From: an uncultured bacterium
Lineage (GTDB): Bacteria; Fidelibacterota; Marinisomatia; Marinisomatales; Marinisomataceae
Assembly: GCA_943841495.1 (NCBI GenBank)
Contig: CALSYL010000003.1
Span: forward strand, 208,915 to 272,914
Length of the DNA stretch: 64,000 bases
Reading direction: 5' to 3'
Shown here: positions 28,249 through 38,961 of the stretch, in pieces
How positions within the stretch are numbered: position 1 is the stretch's first letter
Layout: each line of letters begins with the position of its first letter
Program-made: the position numbers and the translations under genes
Notes under the pieces: generated by a model
What the model was told of the DNA's origin: nothing
The model's database searches: none
The model's input: only the letters and a program-made list of their open reading frames with translations

Positions 28249-29505
28249 ATGAAAATAATTTTTCTAATTTTATACAACTTTCTGATTTTCCCCATAATTT
28301 TTTTTTCATTTATAATTGCTCCATTCAATAGAAAGCTAAAAGAAGGCATAATTGGAAGGTTTGAATCGTTAAAAAATTTAAAGAAATTTGATTCATCAGC
28401 TTTTAATAAAAAATATTGGTTTCATGTTGCTTCTCATGGAGAGTTCCAACAGGTTGAAACCTTAATAAATTCATTTAAAAAAAATAACAATAATATTGGT
28501 GTAGTAGTTTCTTTTTTTTCACCATCAGGATTCAATAATGTTGATAATCAAAATATTGATTGTAAAGTGTATCTACCATTTGATTTTCCATTTACTATTT
28601 CAAGAGCTTTGAAAATAGTTAATCCTGACAAAATATTTTTTACATCAAATGATTTTTGGCCCAATTTTTTGTATTTATCTTATCTTAAAAAAATTGAGTT
28701 AATCTTAACCTCTGCGCGATTAAATGACGGTAATGATTTTAATTCCATTTTAAAGAATTTATACCAAAAAATGTTTCTTGATTTATTTAATTCTATTTTC
28801 ACTATCACTGAAAACGATCAAAAATCTATTGCTAAATTAACTACTTCTTCAAATGTGTTTTTTGCAGGAAATCCAAGGTTAGATAGAATTCTAAATAATA
28901 TTTCTGATAAGAGCATTGATATTAAAGATAGACTAAATAAGAAAATTTTGGTTCTTGCAAGTATTTGGAAAGAAGATAACAATGTTTTATTTCCCGCTAT
29001 ATTTGAGTATCTAGAAAAAGTAAAAGATAGTAAGATTGTTATAGTACCACATGAAATAAATGATAAAAATATTTCTTTTTATTCATCTTTATTGAATGAT
29101 AGATCAGTTTCTTATAAAATAATTGATACATATTGCAATATTCTTGATTTAGATGAAAGAGTGATTATTATTAACAAAGTTGGTTTTTTATCGAAGATTT
29201 ACTGTCAAACTTTCTTGACATACATTGGCGGAGGTTTTTCAAAGAATGGAATACATAATCTAGCAGAGCCAGCAGCAACAGGTAATCCAGTAATCTTTGG
29301 CCCTAATTTTCAAAATTCTAATAAATTGGATGCTATTTCATTGAAAGCGCATAATGCAGGTTTTTCAGTTAATTCGCGTAAGGAACTTATTGAAATTATT
29401 GATAATTTATGTAATATGGATTTTTACAACGAGTCTTCAAAAAATGCAATGAATTATGTTGCCAAACATAAAGGATCTACGCTAAAAATAATGGAGCTTT
29501 TATGA
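28249..29505 (+). CDS. waaA: 3-deoxy-D-manno-octulosonic acid (Kdo) transferase
   Basis: WFHVASHGEFQQV (equivalent to WxHxxSxGE), VPHE and GGGFSKNGIHNLAEPA motifs. 418 aa. Confidence 0.85.
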   Translation: MKIIFLILYNFLIFPIIFFSFIIAPFNRKLKEGIIGRFESLKNLKKFDSSAFNKKYWFHVASHGEFQQVETLINSFKKNNNNIGVVVSFFSPSGFNNVDNQNIDCKVYLPFDFPFTISRALKIVNPDKIFFTSNDFWPNFLYLSYLKKIELILTSARLNDGNDFNSILKNLYQKMFLDLFNSIFTITENDQKSIAKLTTSSNVFFAGNPRLDRILNNISDKSIDIKDRLNKKILVLASIWKEDNNVLFPAIFEYLEKVKDSKIVIVPHEINDKNISFYSSLLNDRSVSYKIIDTYCNILDLDERVIIINKVGFLSKIYCQTFLTYIGGGFSKNGIHNLAEPAATGNPVIFGPNFQNSNKLDAISLKAHNAGFSVNSRKELIEIIDNLCNMDFYNESSKNAMNYVAKHKGSTLKIMELL

Positions 29506-30062
29506 GCAAGATTTTTAAGTTTAAAGATATATTTCTTGTACCAAATTTAATAACTATTTTGAGATTTTTTTTAATTGCTCCAATGATTATTACATTTCAA
29601 AAAGGAATGCAGAATTATTTTATAATTATTTTAGCTATTTCTTTATTGTCAGATTTTCTTGATGGAATTGCAGCTAGAGTTCTTGATCAGAAATCAGACC
29701 TAGGTAAGACTTTAGATCCTATTGCAGACGGAGTCACACTTTTTGCTTTTATTATACTTTTCAATCGACAAGGATTTATACCAGACTGGTTTACAATTTT
29801 TTATTTTTTAAGACAGCTTACCATACTTCTTTTTTCTTTATGGTACTTATCAAAATTAAAAACTGTATATGGATCCAATATTTTAGGAAAGACAGGAGTA
29901 TGTTTTTTAGGTGCAGTGCTATGCATATTTGCTTTAAGAATTGATACTTTAATTTATATAACTCCGTATTTATTGAATATATCTGCAATCTTATTGTTTG
30001 TTAGTCTTTTAGATTATTTAAGATTTTTTCTTAATCTTCATAAAAATAATAGCACTAATTGA
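29502..30062 (+). CDS. CDP-alcohol phosphatidyltransferase family protein
   Basis: DFLDGIAARVLDQKSDLGKTLDPIADG matches DGx2ARx8Gx3Dx3D. Polytopic. Confidence 0.85.
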   Translation: MSKIFKFKDIFLVPNLITILRFFLIAPMIITFQKGMQNYFIIILAISLLSDFLDGIAARVLDQKSDLGKTLDPIADGVTLFAFIILFNRQGFIPDWFTIFYFLRQLTILLFSLWYLSKLKTVYGSNILGKTGVCFLGAVLCIFALRIDTLIYITPYLLNISAILLFVSLLDYLRFFLNLHKNNSTN

Positions 30063-30113
30063 CATACATTTTATTTTACTTTATCGTTAATAATTTATAA
30101 ATTATTAGTCATT

Positions 30114-32108
30114 ATGGCAGACTTTAAAGTAGAATCAAAATTTTCTCCTGCTGGAGATCAACCATCGGCAATATCTGAATTATCTGGAGGATTAAAAAAT
30201 GGATCTGATCATCAAACTCTTTTAGGTGTTACCGGATCAGGTAAAACCTATACAATGGCAAAAGTAATTGAAGAAATTCAAAAACCAACATTAATTATTT
30301 CTCATAATAAAACCTTAGCTGCGCAGCTTTATGGAGAATTCAAAAATTTATTCCCAAATAATGCTGTGGAGTATTTTATAAGCTACTATGATTACTATCA
30401 GCCTGAATCCTACATGCCTGTTACAGATACTTTTATTGAGAAAGATTTCTCAATGAATGAAGAGATTGATCGATTACGACTTAAGGCAACAAGCTCGCTT
30501 TTACAGAGAAAAGATGTGATTGTGGTAAGTTCTGTTTCTTGTATTTACGGTCTTGGAAATCCTAAAGAATGGAAAAAACAAGTTGTTCACTTAAAATTAG
30601 ATTCTCAAACAAGTCGAAGCAGTTTAACTGAATTTCTTGTTGATATTTATTATCAAAGAAATGACCAGGTTTTAGAAAGATGTAACTTTAGAATACTAGG
30701 AGATATTTTTGAAATTTATCCCGCTTATGAAGACAAAGCGATAAGAGTCGATATTTTTGATAACCGCATTCAGTCTATTGTTTCATTTGATCCATTAACA
30801 GGCGAAGAGCATAAAGAACATGAAGAGTTTTATTTATATCCAGCTAGACATTTTATTTCTGATAAAGATAAAAATGATTCTGTAATTAAAAAAATTAGAA
30901 GTGATTTGAAAAGTAGATTAAAATTTTTTAATGAAAATGAAAAATTTCTTGAAGAACAAAGAATTGGACAGAGAACTAATTTTGATATTGAAATGATTGA
31001 AGAGATTGGTTATTGCTCTGGAATTGAAAATTATTCTAGATATTTTGATGGTAGAAAAGAAGGTGAAAGACCATTTACTTTGATAGACTTTTTTCCAGAT
31101 GATTTTTTAACAATCATAGATGAATCTCATGTAACATTGCCTCAAATTCAAGCGATGTATGGAGGCGATAGAAAGAGAAAAGACAACTTGATTGATTTCG
31201 GATTTAGACTTCCTTCTGCTTATGATAATAGACCATTAAAATCGGAAGAATTTGCATCTTTGCAAAATCAAGTCATATATGCATCTGCTACACCATCTTA
31301 CAGAGAGTTGGATTTGTCACAAGGAGCTATAGTTGAGTTGATTAATCGACCAACTGGGCTTGTAGATCCAGAATTAATCATTAAACCTTCTAGCGGTCAA
31401 ATTGATGACCTTATATCAGAAATTAAAATTAGATCTGCTAAAGATGAAAGATGTCTGGTAACAACATTGACCAAAAAAATGGCTGAAGATTTATCAGAAT
31501 ATTTAAGCTCGGTTGGATTAAGAGTAAGATATCTGCATTCTGAAATTAAAACAATTGAAAGAGTAAAAATTCTTCGAGATTTAAGATTAGGCGATTTTGA
31601 TGTCTTGGTTGGAATAAACCTATTAAGAGAAGGCTTAGACCTTCCTGAGGTATCTCTTGTTGCAATATTGGATGCTGATAAAGAGGGATTTCTTAGATCT
31701 AAAAGTTCGCTGGTACAAACTTCTGGAAGAGCAGCTCGTCATATTGATGGAAAGGTTATTCTGTATGCAGATAAAATTACTGATTCAATGCAATATTTAA
31801 TTGATGAAACAGATAGAAGGAGATCTATTCAGCTTGAATACAATAAGAAAAATAAAATAACCCCAAAAACTGTAAAAAAATCGGTAGATGAAATTATGCA
31901 AGCAACTCGTGTTGCTGAGTCATTTAAGGAAAGCGATATAGAAGTTAAAAGAGATATAGCCACAGATAGATTTTTAAACGAAGATAAAAAAATTGTAGTT
32001 GAAATGATTAGAGAAGAAATGTTAGAAGCAGCAGAAAATTTAGAATTTGAGAAAGCCGCTAAATTGCGCGATGAAATGAATAAGCTAGAAAAAGAAATTA
32101 AATTATAG
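30114..32108 (+). CDS. uvrB: Excinuclease ABC subunit B
   Basis: GVTGSGKT Walker A, DESH box, helicase C motifs and a C-terminal UVR domain (FEKAAKLRDE). 664 aa. Confidence 0.96.
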   Translation: MADFKVESKFSPAGDQPSAISELSGGLKNGSDHQTLLGVTGSGKTYTMAKVIEEIQKPTLIISHNKTLAAQLYGEFKNLFPNNAVEYFISYYDYYQPESYMPVTDTFIEKDFSMNEEIDRLRLKATSSLLQRKDVIVVSSVSCIYGLGNPKEWKKQVVHLKLDSQTSRSSLTEFLVDIYYQRNDQVLERCNFRILGDIFEIYPAYEDKAIRVDIFDNRIQSIVSFDPLTGEEHKEHEEFYLYPARHFISDKDKNDSVIKKIRSDLKSRLKFFNENEKFLEEQRIGQRTNFDIEMIEEIGYCSGIENYSRYFDGRKEGERPFTLIDFFPDDFLTIIDESHVTLPQIQAMYGGDRKRKDNLIDFGFRLPSAYDNRPLKSEEFASLQNQVIYASATPSYRELDLSQGAIVELINRPTGLVDPELIIKPSSGQIDDLISEIKIRSAKDERCLVTTLTKKMAEDLSEYLSSVGLRVRYLHSEIKTIERVKILRDLRLGDFDVLVGINLLREGLDLPEVSLVAILDADKEGFLRSKSSLVQTSGRAARHIDGKVILYADKITDSMQYLIDETDRRRSIQLEYNKKNKITPKTVKKSVDEIMQATRVAESFKESDIEVKRDIATDRFLNEDKKIVVEMIREEMLEAAENLEFEKAAKLRDEMNKLEKEIKL

Positions 32109-32122
32109 ATTATGGAGAAATT

Positions 32123-33325
32123 ATGAATATTGATTTAGTAAAGCAAAAAGCAGGAATTATTGGGGAAAGTGAAGGAATCAATCAAGTATTAGAAATGGTT
32201 GCGCAAGTAGCCAGTGTTGATATATCTGTCCTCATTAATGGAGAATCTGGCACAGGTAAAGAGCTTGTAAGTAAAGCGCTACATCTCGGAAGCAAAAGAG
32301 CTTCTAGTGATCTAGTAATTGTAAATTGTGGAGCAATTCCTGAAGGAATAATTGAAAGTGAACTTTTTGGACATAAAAAAGGTGCGTATACTGATGCTAG
32401 CGATTCAAGAAAAGGATATTTTGAAACTGCAAACAAGGGAACTATTTTTCTTGATGAAATTGGAGATATGCCAATAGAAACACAGGTAAAGGTTTTAAGA
32501 GTTTTAGAATCGGGTGAGTTTATGAGAGTAGGTGATTCTATTACAAAAAAAACGGATGTTCGCGTTCTTGCTGCAACCAATAAGGATTTAGGGAAGCTTG
32601 TAAGGGAAGGAAAATTTAGGCAAGATTTATATTATAGGCTTAAAACGGTAACTATCAATATTCCTCCTCTAAGACATAGAAAGAATGATATAAGACTTTT
32701 AGTTGATAGATTTGCTTTGCAATTCAGTAGATCAAATAATATTAAGTACAAAGGCTTTACACCTGAATCAATTAAAGAGATGTATAATTATCATTGGCCG
32801 GGAAATGTTAGAGAGCTTAGAAATTTCGTTGAAAGTATTCTTATATTACAAAAAGGAGAAAGAATAACTGCTGAAATGGTGAGCAATCAATTGGCTGGAG
32901 ATATACTTGACTATAATCAGTCAAATGATTCATTGCCAGTCGTTGTGAATCGCGATCCCGATCAAGCAGAAAGGGAATTGATTTTAAGACAGTTACTTTT
33001 TCTTAGACAAGATATTGAAGATTTAAAATTAATGATGAAAGAATCTAGTTTTTCTGATTTAAATTCTTCTAGAAGTATTAATCAGTCATTTGACTCAACA
33101 ATTCATAATAATGAAATTATTAATCAAGATGATAATCTCATAAAAGGCGAAGCAATTGGCGCATTTAACACTAAAGATTTAGAAAAAGAAATGATTATTA
33201 GAACTCTGGAACATTTCAATAATAATAGAAGAGCTTCAGCGAAATCTCTAGATATGAGCGAGAGAACTTTATATAGGAAAATTAACGACTATGGTATTGA
33301 AAAAAAGATTAAAAAAGATAACTAA
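32123..33325 (+). CDS. Sigma-54-dependent enhancer-binding protein without an N-terminal sensor/receiver domain (AAA+ plus Fis-type HTH)
   Basis: The AAA+ domain starts at about residue 11. GESGTGKE Walker A, FLDEIGDM Walker B, the variant sigma-54 contact loop GAYTDA (32381-32398) and a C-terminal HTH ...MSERTLYRKINDYGI. Confidence 0.88.
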   Translation: MNIDLVKQKAGIIGESEGINQVLEMVAQVASVDISVLINGESGTGKELVSKALHLGSKRASSDLVIVNCGAIPEGIIESELFGHKKGAYTDASDSRKGYFETANKGTIFLDEIGDMPIETQVKVLRVLESGEFMRVGDSITKKTDVRVLAATNKDLGKLVREGKFRQDLYYRLKTVTINIPPLRHRKNDIRLLVDRFALQFSRSNNIKYKGFTPESIKEMYNYHWPGNVRELRNFVESILILQKGERITAEMVSNQLAGDILDYNQSNDSLPVVVNRDPDQAERELILRQLLFLRQDIEDLKLMMKESSFSDLNSSRSINQSFDSTIHNNEIINQDDNLIKGEAIGAFNTKDLEKEMIIRTLEHFNNNRRASAKSLDMSERTLYRKINDYGIEKKIKKDN

Positions 33326-33860
33326 TTTTTGTTGTATAATTTTACTGACGGGATGTAGTTATTACTCTATGGCAGGGTCTATTCCCGCAAATATTAATAA
33401 TGTTAATATTCCGCTCTTTCAAAATGATACTGCTGAGTTTGAGCTTGCTGAAAATTTAACATCAAAAATTACTCAAGAAATTGCTTCACAGAATATTTTA
33501 AAAGTAACAAATATTGAAAATAGCGATAGTTCAATTATAGGAATTGTTACTGATGTTTCTGATGGCCCATTTTCTTTTGATAGCAATGAGCAAGTAGATG
33601 AATACAGATTTTCTTTTTCAGTGAAAGTTAAATGGATAGATAATGAAAATGATATAAACTTAATTGAAAAAACTTTTTCAGGCTTTGGAACTTATAGTAT
33701 AAATAATGACCCTTCATCTGATGGCTTAGATAATGATAATGATGGACTTTTAGACGAAAATGATGATGACGAATTTGGCGATTCAAGAGAGCTGGCGATT
33801 AATATTGCTATTAACAAAATTGCATCAGATATTGTAAATTCAATCCTTTCAACATGGTAA
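33291..33860 (+). CDS. LptE-like outer-membrane lipoprotein with an Asp-rich Ca-binding-type insert
   Basis: Lipobox LLTGC, then SYYSMAGSIP...NVNIPLFQN (LptE-like). DNDNDGLLDEND (33729-33764) fits DxDxDGxxDxxD. The start overlaps the EBP gene by 35 nt. Confidence 0.5.
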   Translation: MVLKKRLKKITNFCCIILLTGCSYYSMAGSIPANINNVNIPLFQNDTAEFELAENLTSKITQEIASQNILKVTNIENSDSSIIGIVTDVSDGPFSFDSNEQVDEYRFSFSVKVKWIDNENDINLIEKTFSGFGTYSINNDPSSDGLDNDNDGLLDENDDDEFGDSRELAINIAINKIASDIVNSILSTW

Positions 33861-33864
33861 AAAA

Positions 33865-35154
33865 ATGGAAAATGTAACTATAAATAAATTAAAAGATTTT
33901 ATCGGTAAAGAAGTTCAGTTAAATGGATGGATTTACAATATGAGATCTATTGGTAAAATCTGGTTTGCAATCGTAAGAGACGGTACCGGTTTTGTTCAAT
34001 GCGTAGTAACAAGCAACGATGTTAGTTCAGAAGTATTCAAGCTTGGTACATCTTTAACACAGGAGTCATCAATTCAGATTACTGGGATTGTTCAAGAAGA
34101 CTCACGATCTGATCTTGGGGTAGAGATTCTTGTAAAGGATATGAAGGTTATTCATATTGCTGAAGAATATCCCATTGCGCTAAAAGAGCATGGTGTTAGC
34201 TTCTTAATGGATAATAGACATCTTTGGTTGCGTTCCAAAAAACAGTTCGCAATAATGAAAGTCCGTCAAAATATTATTAAATCTATAAGAGATTTTTTTG
34301 ATAACAGAGACTTTGTTTTAATTGATTCTCCAATGTTTACTGGAAACGCAGTCGAAGGAACAACAACTCTTTTTGAAACTGATTATTTCAATCGCTCTGC
34401 CTATTTAACTCAAAGCGGACAATTATATCAAGAAGCAGGTGCAATGGCTTTTGGAAAAACTTATTGTTTTGGTCCTTGTTTTAGAGCTGAGAAATCAAAA
34501 ACAAGAAAACACTTAACTGAATTTTGGATGGTAGAACCAGAAATGGCCTTTTGTGATTTAGATCAAAATATGGATTTAATAGAAGAATTTATCACCCATA
34601 TTGTTTCGGAAAGTTTAAAGAATTGTAAAGATGAGCTTAAAATCTTAGAAAGAGATATATCGTTGCTTGAAAAGGTAAAATCGCCATTTCCAAGAATTAC
34701 CTATGATGAGGCAGCAAAAATTCTTAATGATAATGGTCAAAAATTTGAATATGGGAGCGATTTTGGATCTCCGGACGAAGAATTAATAGCTTCAAAATAT
34801 GATAGCCCTGTCATGATACATAGCTGGCCTCATGAAACAAAAGCTTTTTATATGAAAAGAGACGATTCCGATAAGTTAGCTTTAGGAGTCGATGTTATTG
34901 CTCCTGAAGGTTATGGCGAAATTGTAGGTGGAGGACAAAGAGAGGACGACCATGATACTCTTGTAAAGCGTATTGAAGATCATGGGCTTCCTGTAAGCGC
35001 ATTTAAGTGGTATTTAGATTTAAGAAAGTATGGATCTGTAACTCATTCAGGTTTTGGTCTCGGTTTAGAAAGAACTGTTTCTTGGATTTGTGGAATTGAT
35101 CATGTAAGACAAACTATTCCTTTCCCTAGAACAATGGGAAGATTGGAGCCTTAA
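33865..35154 (+). CDS. asnS: Asparagine--tRNA ligase
   Basis: OB-fold N-terminus and class II motifs (FRAEKSKTRKHLTEFWMVEPE, GFGLGLERTV). 429 aa. Confidence 0.93.
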   Translation: MENVTINKLKDFIGKEVQLNGWIYNMRSIGKIWFAIVRDGTGFVQCVVTSNDVSSEVFKLGTSLTQESSIQITGIVQEDSRSDLGVEILVKDMKVIHIAEEYPIALKEHGVSFLMDNRHLWLRSKKQFAIMKVRQNIIKSIRDFFDNRDFVLIDSPMFTGNAVEGTTTLFETDYFNRSAYLTQSGQLYQEAGAMAFGKTYCFGPCFRAEKSKTRKHLTEFWMVEPEMAFCDLDQNMDLIEEFITHIVSESLKNCKDELKILERDISLLEKVKSPFPRITYDEAAKILNDNGQKFEYGSDFGSPDEELIASKYDSPVMIHSWPHETKAFYMKRDDSDKLALGVDVIAPEGYGEIVGGGQREDDHDTLVKRIEDHGLPVSAFKWYLDLRKYGSVTHSGFGLGLERTVSWICGIDHVRQTIPFPRTMGRLEP

Positions 35155-35611
35155 TGAAATTTGATGGCAGAATTGCTGTTTTTGGAGGAAGATTTATAAC
35201 TGAAGAAATTTATAATGACACCGTAGAAATTGGAAAAAGAATGGCAGAAAAAAATTGGCTAGTTTTTTGTGGTGGCGGTGAAGGTGTCATGGAGGCCATT
35301 GCAAAAGGAGTTTCAATGGCAATGGGACTTGTATTGGTATTTTAAAAGATAAAGATTTCAAAACTGGAAATAAATTTCTTAGTATTCCCATTTCAACAGG
35401 AATGGATATAACTAGAAATGCATTAATTAGCTACAATTGCGATATTGGAGTCGCTATTTCAGGTGCATATGGAACTTTAAGCGAAATAGCATTTACTTTA
35501 GCCCAAGAAAAACAATTGATAGCTTATAATAGTTGGGATATTCCTAAGTCTATTCAAGTAGAAACTATTGACTCTTTAATTGAGGAAGCAGATAAGTGTC
35601 TCAAGCTATAA
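35154..35611 (+). pseudogene. TIGR00725/LOG-like (lysine-decarboxylase-like) protein, single frameshift at the GGG run 35324-35326
   Basis: IAVFGG...VFCGGGEGVMEAIAKG in frame A continues as TCIGIL...GAYGTLSEIAF in frame B. Track ORFs 35154-35345 and 35402-35611 are the two halves. Confidence 0.7.
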
Positions 35612-37186
35612 ATGTTGCTGTTTGCCAGATAAATCCAACTCTTGGAAGTTTTAAAACTAATCTTGAAAAGATTTCTTCTAGCTATCTTGACGCAATAAAA
35701 GATGGAGCAGATCTTGTCATTTTCCCGGAGATGTCTATTACAGGATATCCTCCTCAAGATTTGTTAAGCAATAATAGATTTATTGAAAAAAACATTTCAT
35801 CCTTAAAAGATTTATCTAAAATCGTCACTGTTCCATGTATTGTTGGATTTGTAGATAGAGTTGATGGTAAAAATTTTAACGCAGCAGCAATATGTCAAGA
35901 CGGTAAAGTTGCTTTTAAGTACCACAAAATACACTTACCAAACTATGACGTTTTCGATGAAAGAAGATACTTTTCAAATGGAAATTCTATTGGAATTTTT
36001 TCTTTAAAAATTAGAGATTCAAAATATAATATTGGTCTTCAAATCTGTGAAGATTTGTGGGATGATGAATACGATAGAAAGCTTTCAGCTGAATTAATGA
36101 AACATAATCCCGACTTAATTGTTAATATTTCAGCTTCACCATTTGCTCAAGACAGAAAAGAAGAAAGAGTTAATCTTGTTAAGCGCAAATTTAAAGGGGC
36201 TAATTGTCCTTTTGTTTATTGCAATTTAGTTGGAGGGCAAGATGAATTGATTTTTGATGGATTTTCAATGATTTTTGACAAGAACATGAATTTAATTGAA
36301 ATGGCTAGCGGGTTTATTGAAGAAACTATTTTAACTGATTTAAAAACATCAAAATCTATTCCATCATTTTCTAAAAATAAGCAGCTTTTTGATGGGCTAT
36401 CATTAGGAATAAAAGATTATTTTACTAAAACTGGTCATAGTAAAGCAGTAATTGGCCTTAGTGGCGGTATTGACTCTGCTTTAGTGGCTTGTTTAGCTGT
36501 CAATGCTTTAGGAGCTAAAAATGTATCACTTAATTTCTATGCCCTCTAGATTTTCAAGCAATCATAGTAAGATTGATGCTAAACAATTAGCTAAAAATTT
36601 AAAAACAAATTTTGAAACAATTGATATAGATGGGTTATTTGAAAAATATTTGGATGTACTTTCTCCTAGTTTTAAAGGATTGGATAAAAATGTTGCAGAA
36701 GAGAATATTCAATCAAGAATTAGAGGAAATCTATTGATGGCTATGTCAAATAAATTTGGTTACTTAGTACTTTCAACTGGCAACAAAACAGAACTAGCTC
36801 TTGGATATTGCACTTTATATGGCGATATGAGTGGAGGATTATCTGCAATTGGAGACTTAAATAAAACTGAAGTTTATAACCTTTCACAATGGATAAACAA
36901 CGACAAGGAAGTTATTCCTAACAATATCATCAAAAAAACTCCTTCTGCTGAGCTTGCTCCAGATCAATTCGATCCATTTGATTATGAATTAATAAGTCCA
37001 TTAGTTGATGAAATAGTAATGGATAATAGTGAGTCTAAAAGTTCAGATGACGAGTTTTTAAGCCTCAAAAAGAAGATAAATATTAATGAGCATAAAAGAA
37101 GACAGGCAGCTCCTGTTTTAAGGGTAAGTAGAAAAGCGTTCGGTATTGGAAGAAGAATACCAATTGTAAATCATTTTCATGAATAG
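35596..37186 (+). pseudogene. nadE: Glutamine-dependent NAD+ synthetase (nitrilase domain plus synthetase domain), one frameshift near 36520-36530
   Basis: CN-hydrolase N-terminal half (FPEMSITGYPPQD, ICEDLW), then GLSGGIDSALVA. The frame changes just before ISMPSRFSS, followed by STGNKTELALGYCTLYGDM. Confidence 0.85.
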
Positions 37187-38960
37187 TACAAAACCAATTA
37201 GAAATTTTTGCATTATTGCACATATTGATCACGGTAAGTCTACCTTAGCAGATAGATTGCTTGAGCATACAGGAACCATTTCAAAAAAGAAAATGCAGAA
37301 TCAAGTTCTTGACAACATGGAGCTTGAAAGAGAAAGAGGAATTACAATTAAAAGTCATTCCATTAGAATTAGCTACAAAGACTTTATATTAAATTTAATT
37401 GATACACCTGGTCACGTAGATTTTACATACGAAGTTTCAAGAACTTTATCTGCGAGTGAAGGCGCCTTATTAATTGTTGATGCAGCACAAGGTATTGAAG
37501 CTCAGACAGTCACAAATTATTTATTAGCTCTTGAAAATGATCTTGAAATAATTCCTGTGATTAATAAAGTAGATTTACCGAATGCTGATATTGAAAATGT
37601 CACAGCGCAAATTATTGAAATGGTAGGATGTAATAAGGAAGATATTTTACTTGCTAGCGCTAAAACAGGCGAAGGGATAGAAGATATTTTGAATGCAATT
37701 ACTTCAAAAATTCCTCCTCCAGATGAACCAAAAAATGAAGAGTTTAAAGGTTTAATTTTTGATTCAATTTATGATAGATATAGAGGGGTTGTAGCTTATG
37801 TGAGGGTTTATGAAGGTTCCTTGAAAAAAGGAAGTAGAATTAAATTTTTTGCGCATGATACTCATTATGATGTTGATGAAGTTGGACATTTTATTATTGA
37901 TAGAAAAAAATCCGATTCAATCAAAGCAGGAGAAGTAGGCTATATAATCGCAAATGTTAGAGACATTGAACATGTTCTTGCTGGTGATACAGTTACAAAT
38001 TTTAATAAACCATGTAAAGAAGCTTTACCGGGATTTCAAAAAATAAAACCCATGGTTTTTTCAGGCCTTTTTCCAGCAGATGCGGGTGAGTATGATGATC
38101 TTAGGACTGCACTTGAAAAATTGAAACTTAATGACGCATCACTTTCTTTTGAGCCTGAGGTAAGCGATGCACTTGGTTTTGGCTATAGATGTGGCTTTTT
38201 AGGGTTATTGCACATGGAAATAATCCAAGAAAGACTTGAAAGAGAGTTTAATTTATCCATTGTCACAACTAGTCCTAATGTTAAATATTTAGCAAATCTA
38301 AAAGATGGCACTCAAGAAGAGGTTCAAAGACCTGCATTGTTACCAGAACCAAAATTCTTGGAGAGCTTAATGGAGCCTATAGTGACAGCAGAAATTTTAA
38401 CTCCTGTAGATTATATTGGTAATGTCATGAAGATTTGTGAAGAAAAAAGAGGAAAATATAAATCTACTCAATATTTATCTAAATCTAAGGTACAGCTCAT
38501 CTATGATCTCCCTCTTGGAGAAATACTTTTTGATTTTTATGATAGAATTAAATCTGGTTCAAAAGGGTATGCATCATTTGATTATACTTTTAAAGAATAT
38601 AAAGAGAGCAAGTTAGATAAATTGGACATTTTAATAAATAAAGAGCCAGTTGATGCCTTATCAATGATTTGTTCAAAAAAAGACTCTTACCATAGAGGTC
38701 TAGCCTTGTGTCAAAAATTAAAAGAATTAATTCCAAGACATCAAATACAGATTCCTATTCAAGCATCGATAGGTACTAGAGTAATTGCAAGAACAAATAT
38801 TGCTCCTTTCAGAAAAAATGTTACTGAAAAGCTCTACGGTGGAGATGTAACTAGAAAGAATAAATTGCTTCAAAAGCAGAAAAAGGGTAAGAAAAGAATG
38901 CGTACAATTGGCAGAGTTGAAGTTCCGCAAGAAGCCTTATTAGCCGTTCTCAAAATTTGA
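37179..38960 (+). CDS. lepA: Translation elongation factor 4 (LepA)
   Basis: IRNFCIIAHIDHGKSTLADR, DTPGHVDF, NKVDL and the LepA-specific C-terminal domain. 593 aa. Confidence 0.96.
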   Translation: MNSTKPIRNFCIIAHIDHGKSTLADRLLEHTGTISKKKMQNQVLDNMELERERGITIKSHSIRISYKDFILNLIDTPGHVDFTYEVSRTLSASEGALLIVDAAQGIEAQTVTNYLLALENDLEIIPVINKVDLPNADIENVTAQIIEMVGCNKEDILLASAKTGEGIEDILNAITSKIPPPDEPKNEEFKGLIFDSIYDRYRGVVAYVRVYEGSLKKGSRIKFFAHDTHYDVDEVGHFIIDRKKSDSIKAGEVGYIIANVRDIEHVLAGDTVTNFNKPCKEALPGFQKIKPMVFSGLFPADAGEYDDLRTALEKLKLNDASLSFEPEVSDALGFGYRCGFLGLLHMEIIQERLEREFNLSIVTTSPNVKYLANLKDGTQEEVQRPALLPEPKFLESLMEPIVTAEILTPVDYIGNVMKICEEKRGKYKSTQYLSKSKVQLIYDLPLGEILFDFYDRIKSGSKGYASFDYTFKEYKESKLDKLDILINKEPVDALSMICSKKDSYHRGLALCQKLKELIPRHQIQIPIQASIGTRVIARTNIAPFRKNVTEKLYGGDVTRKNKLLQKQKKGKKRMRTIGRVEVPQEALLAVLKI

Positions 38961-38961
38961 T

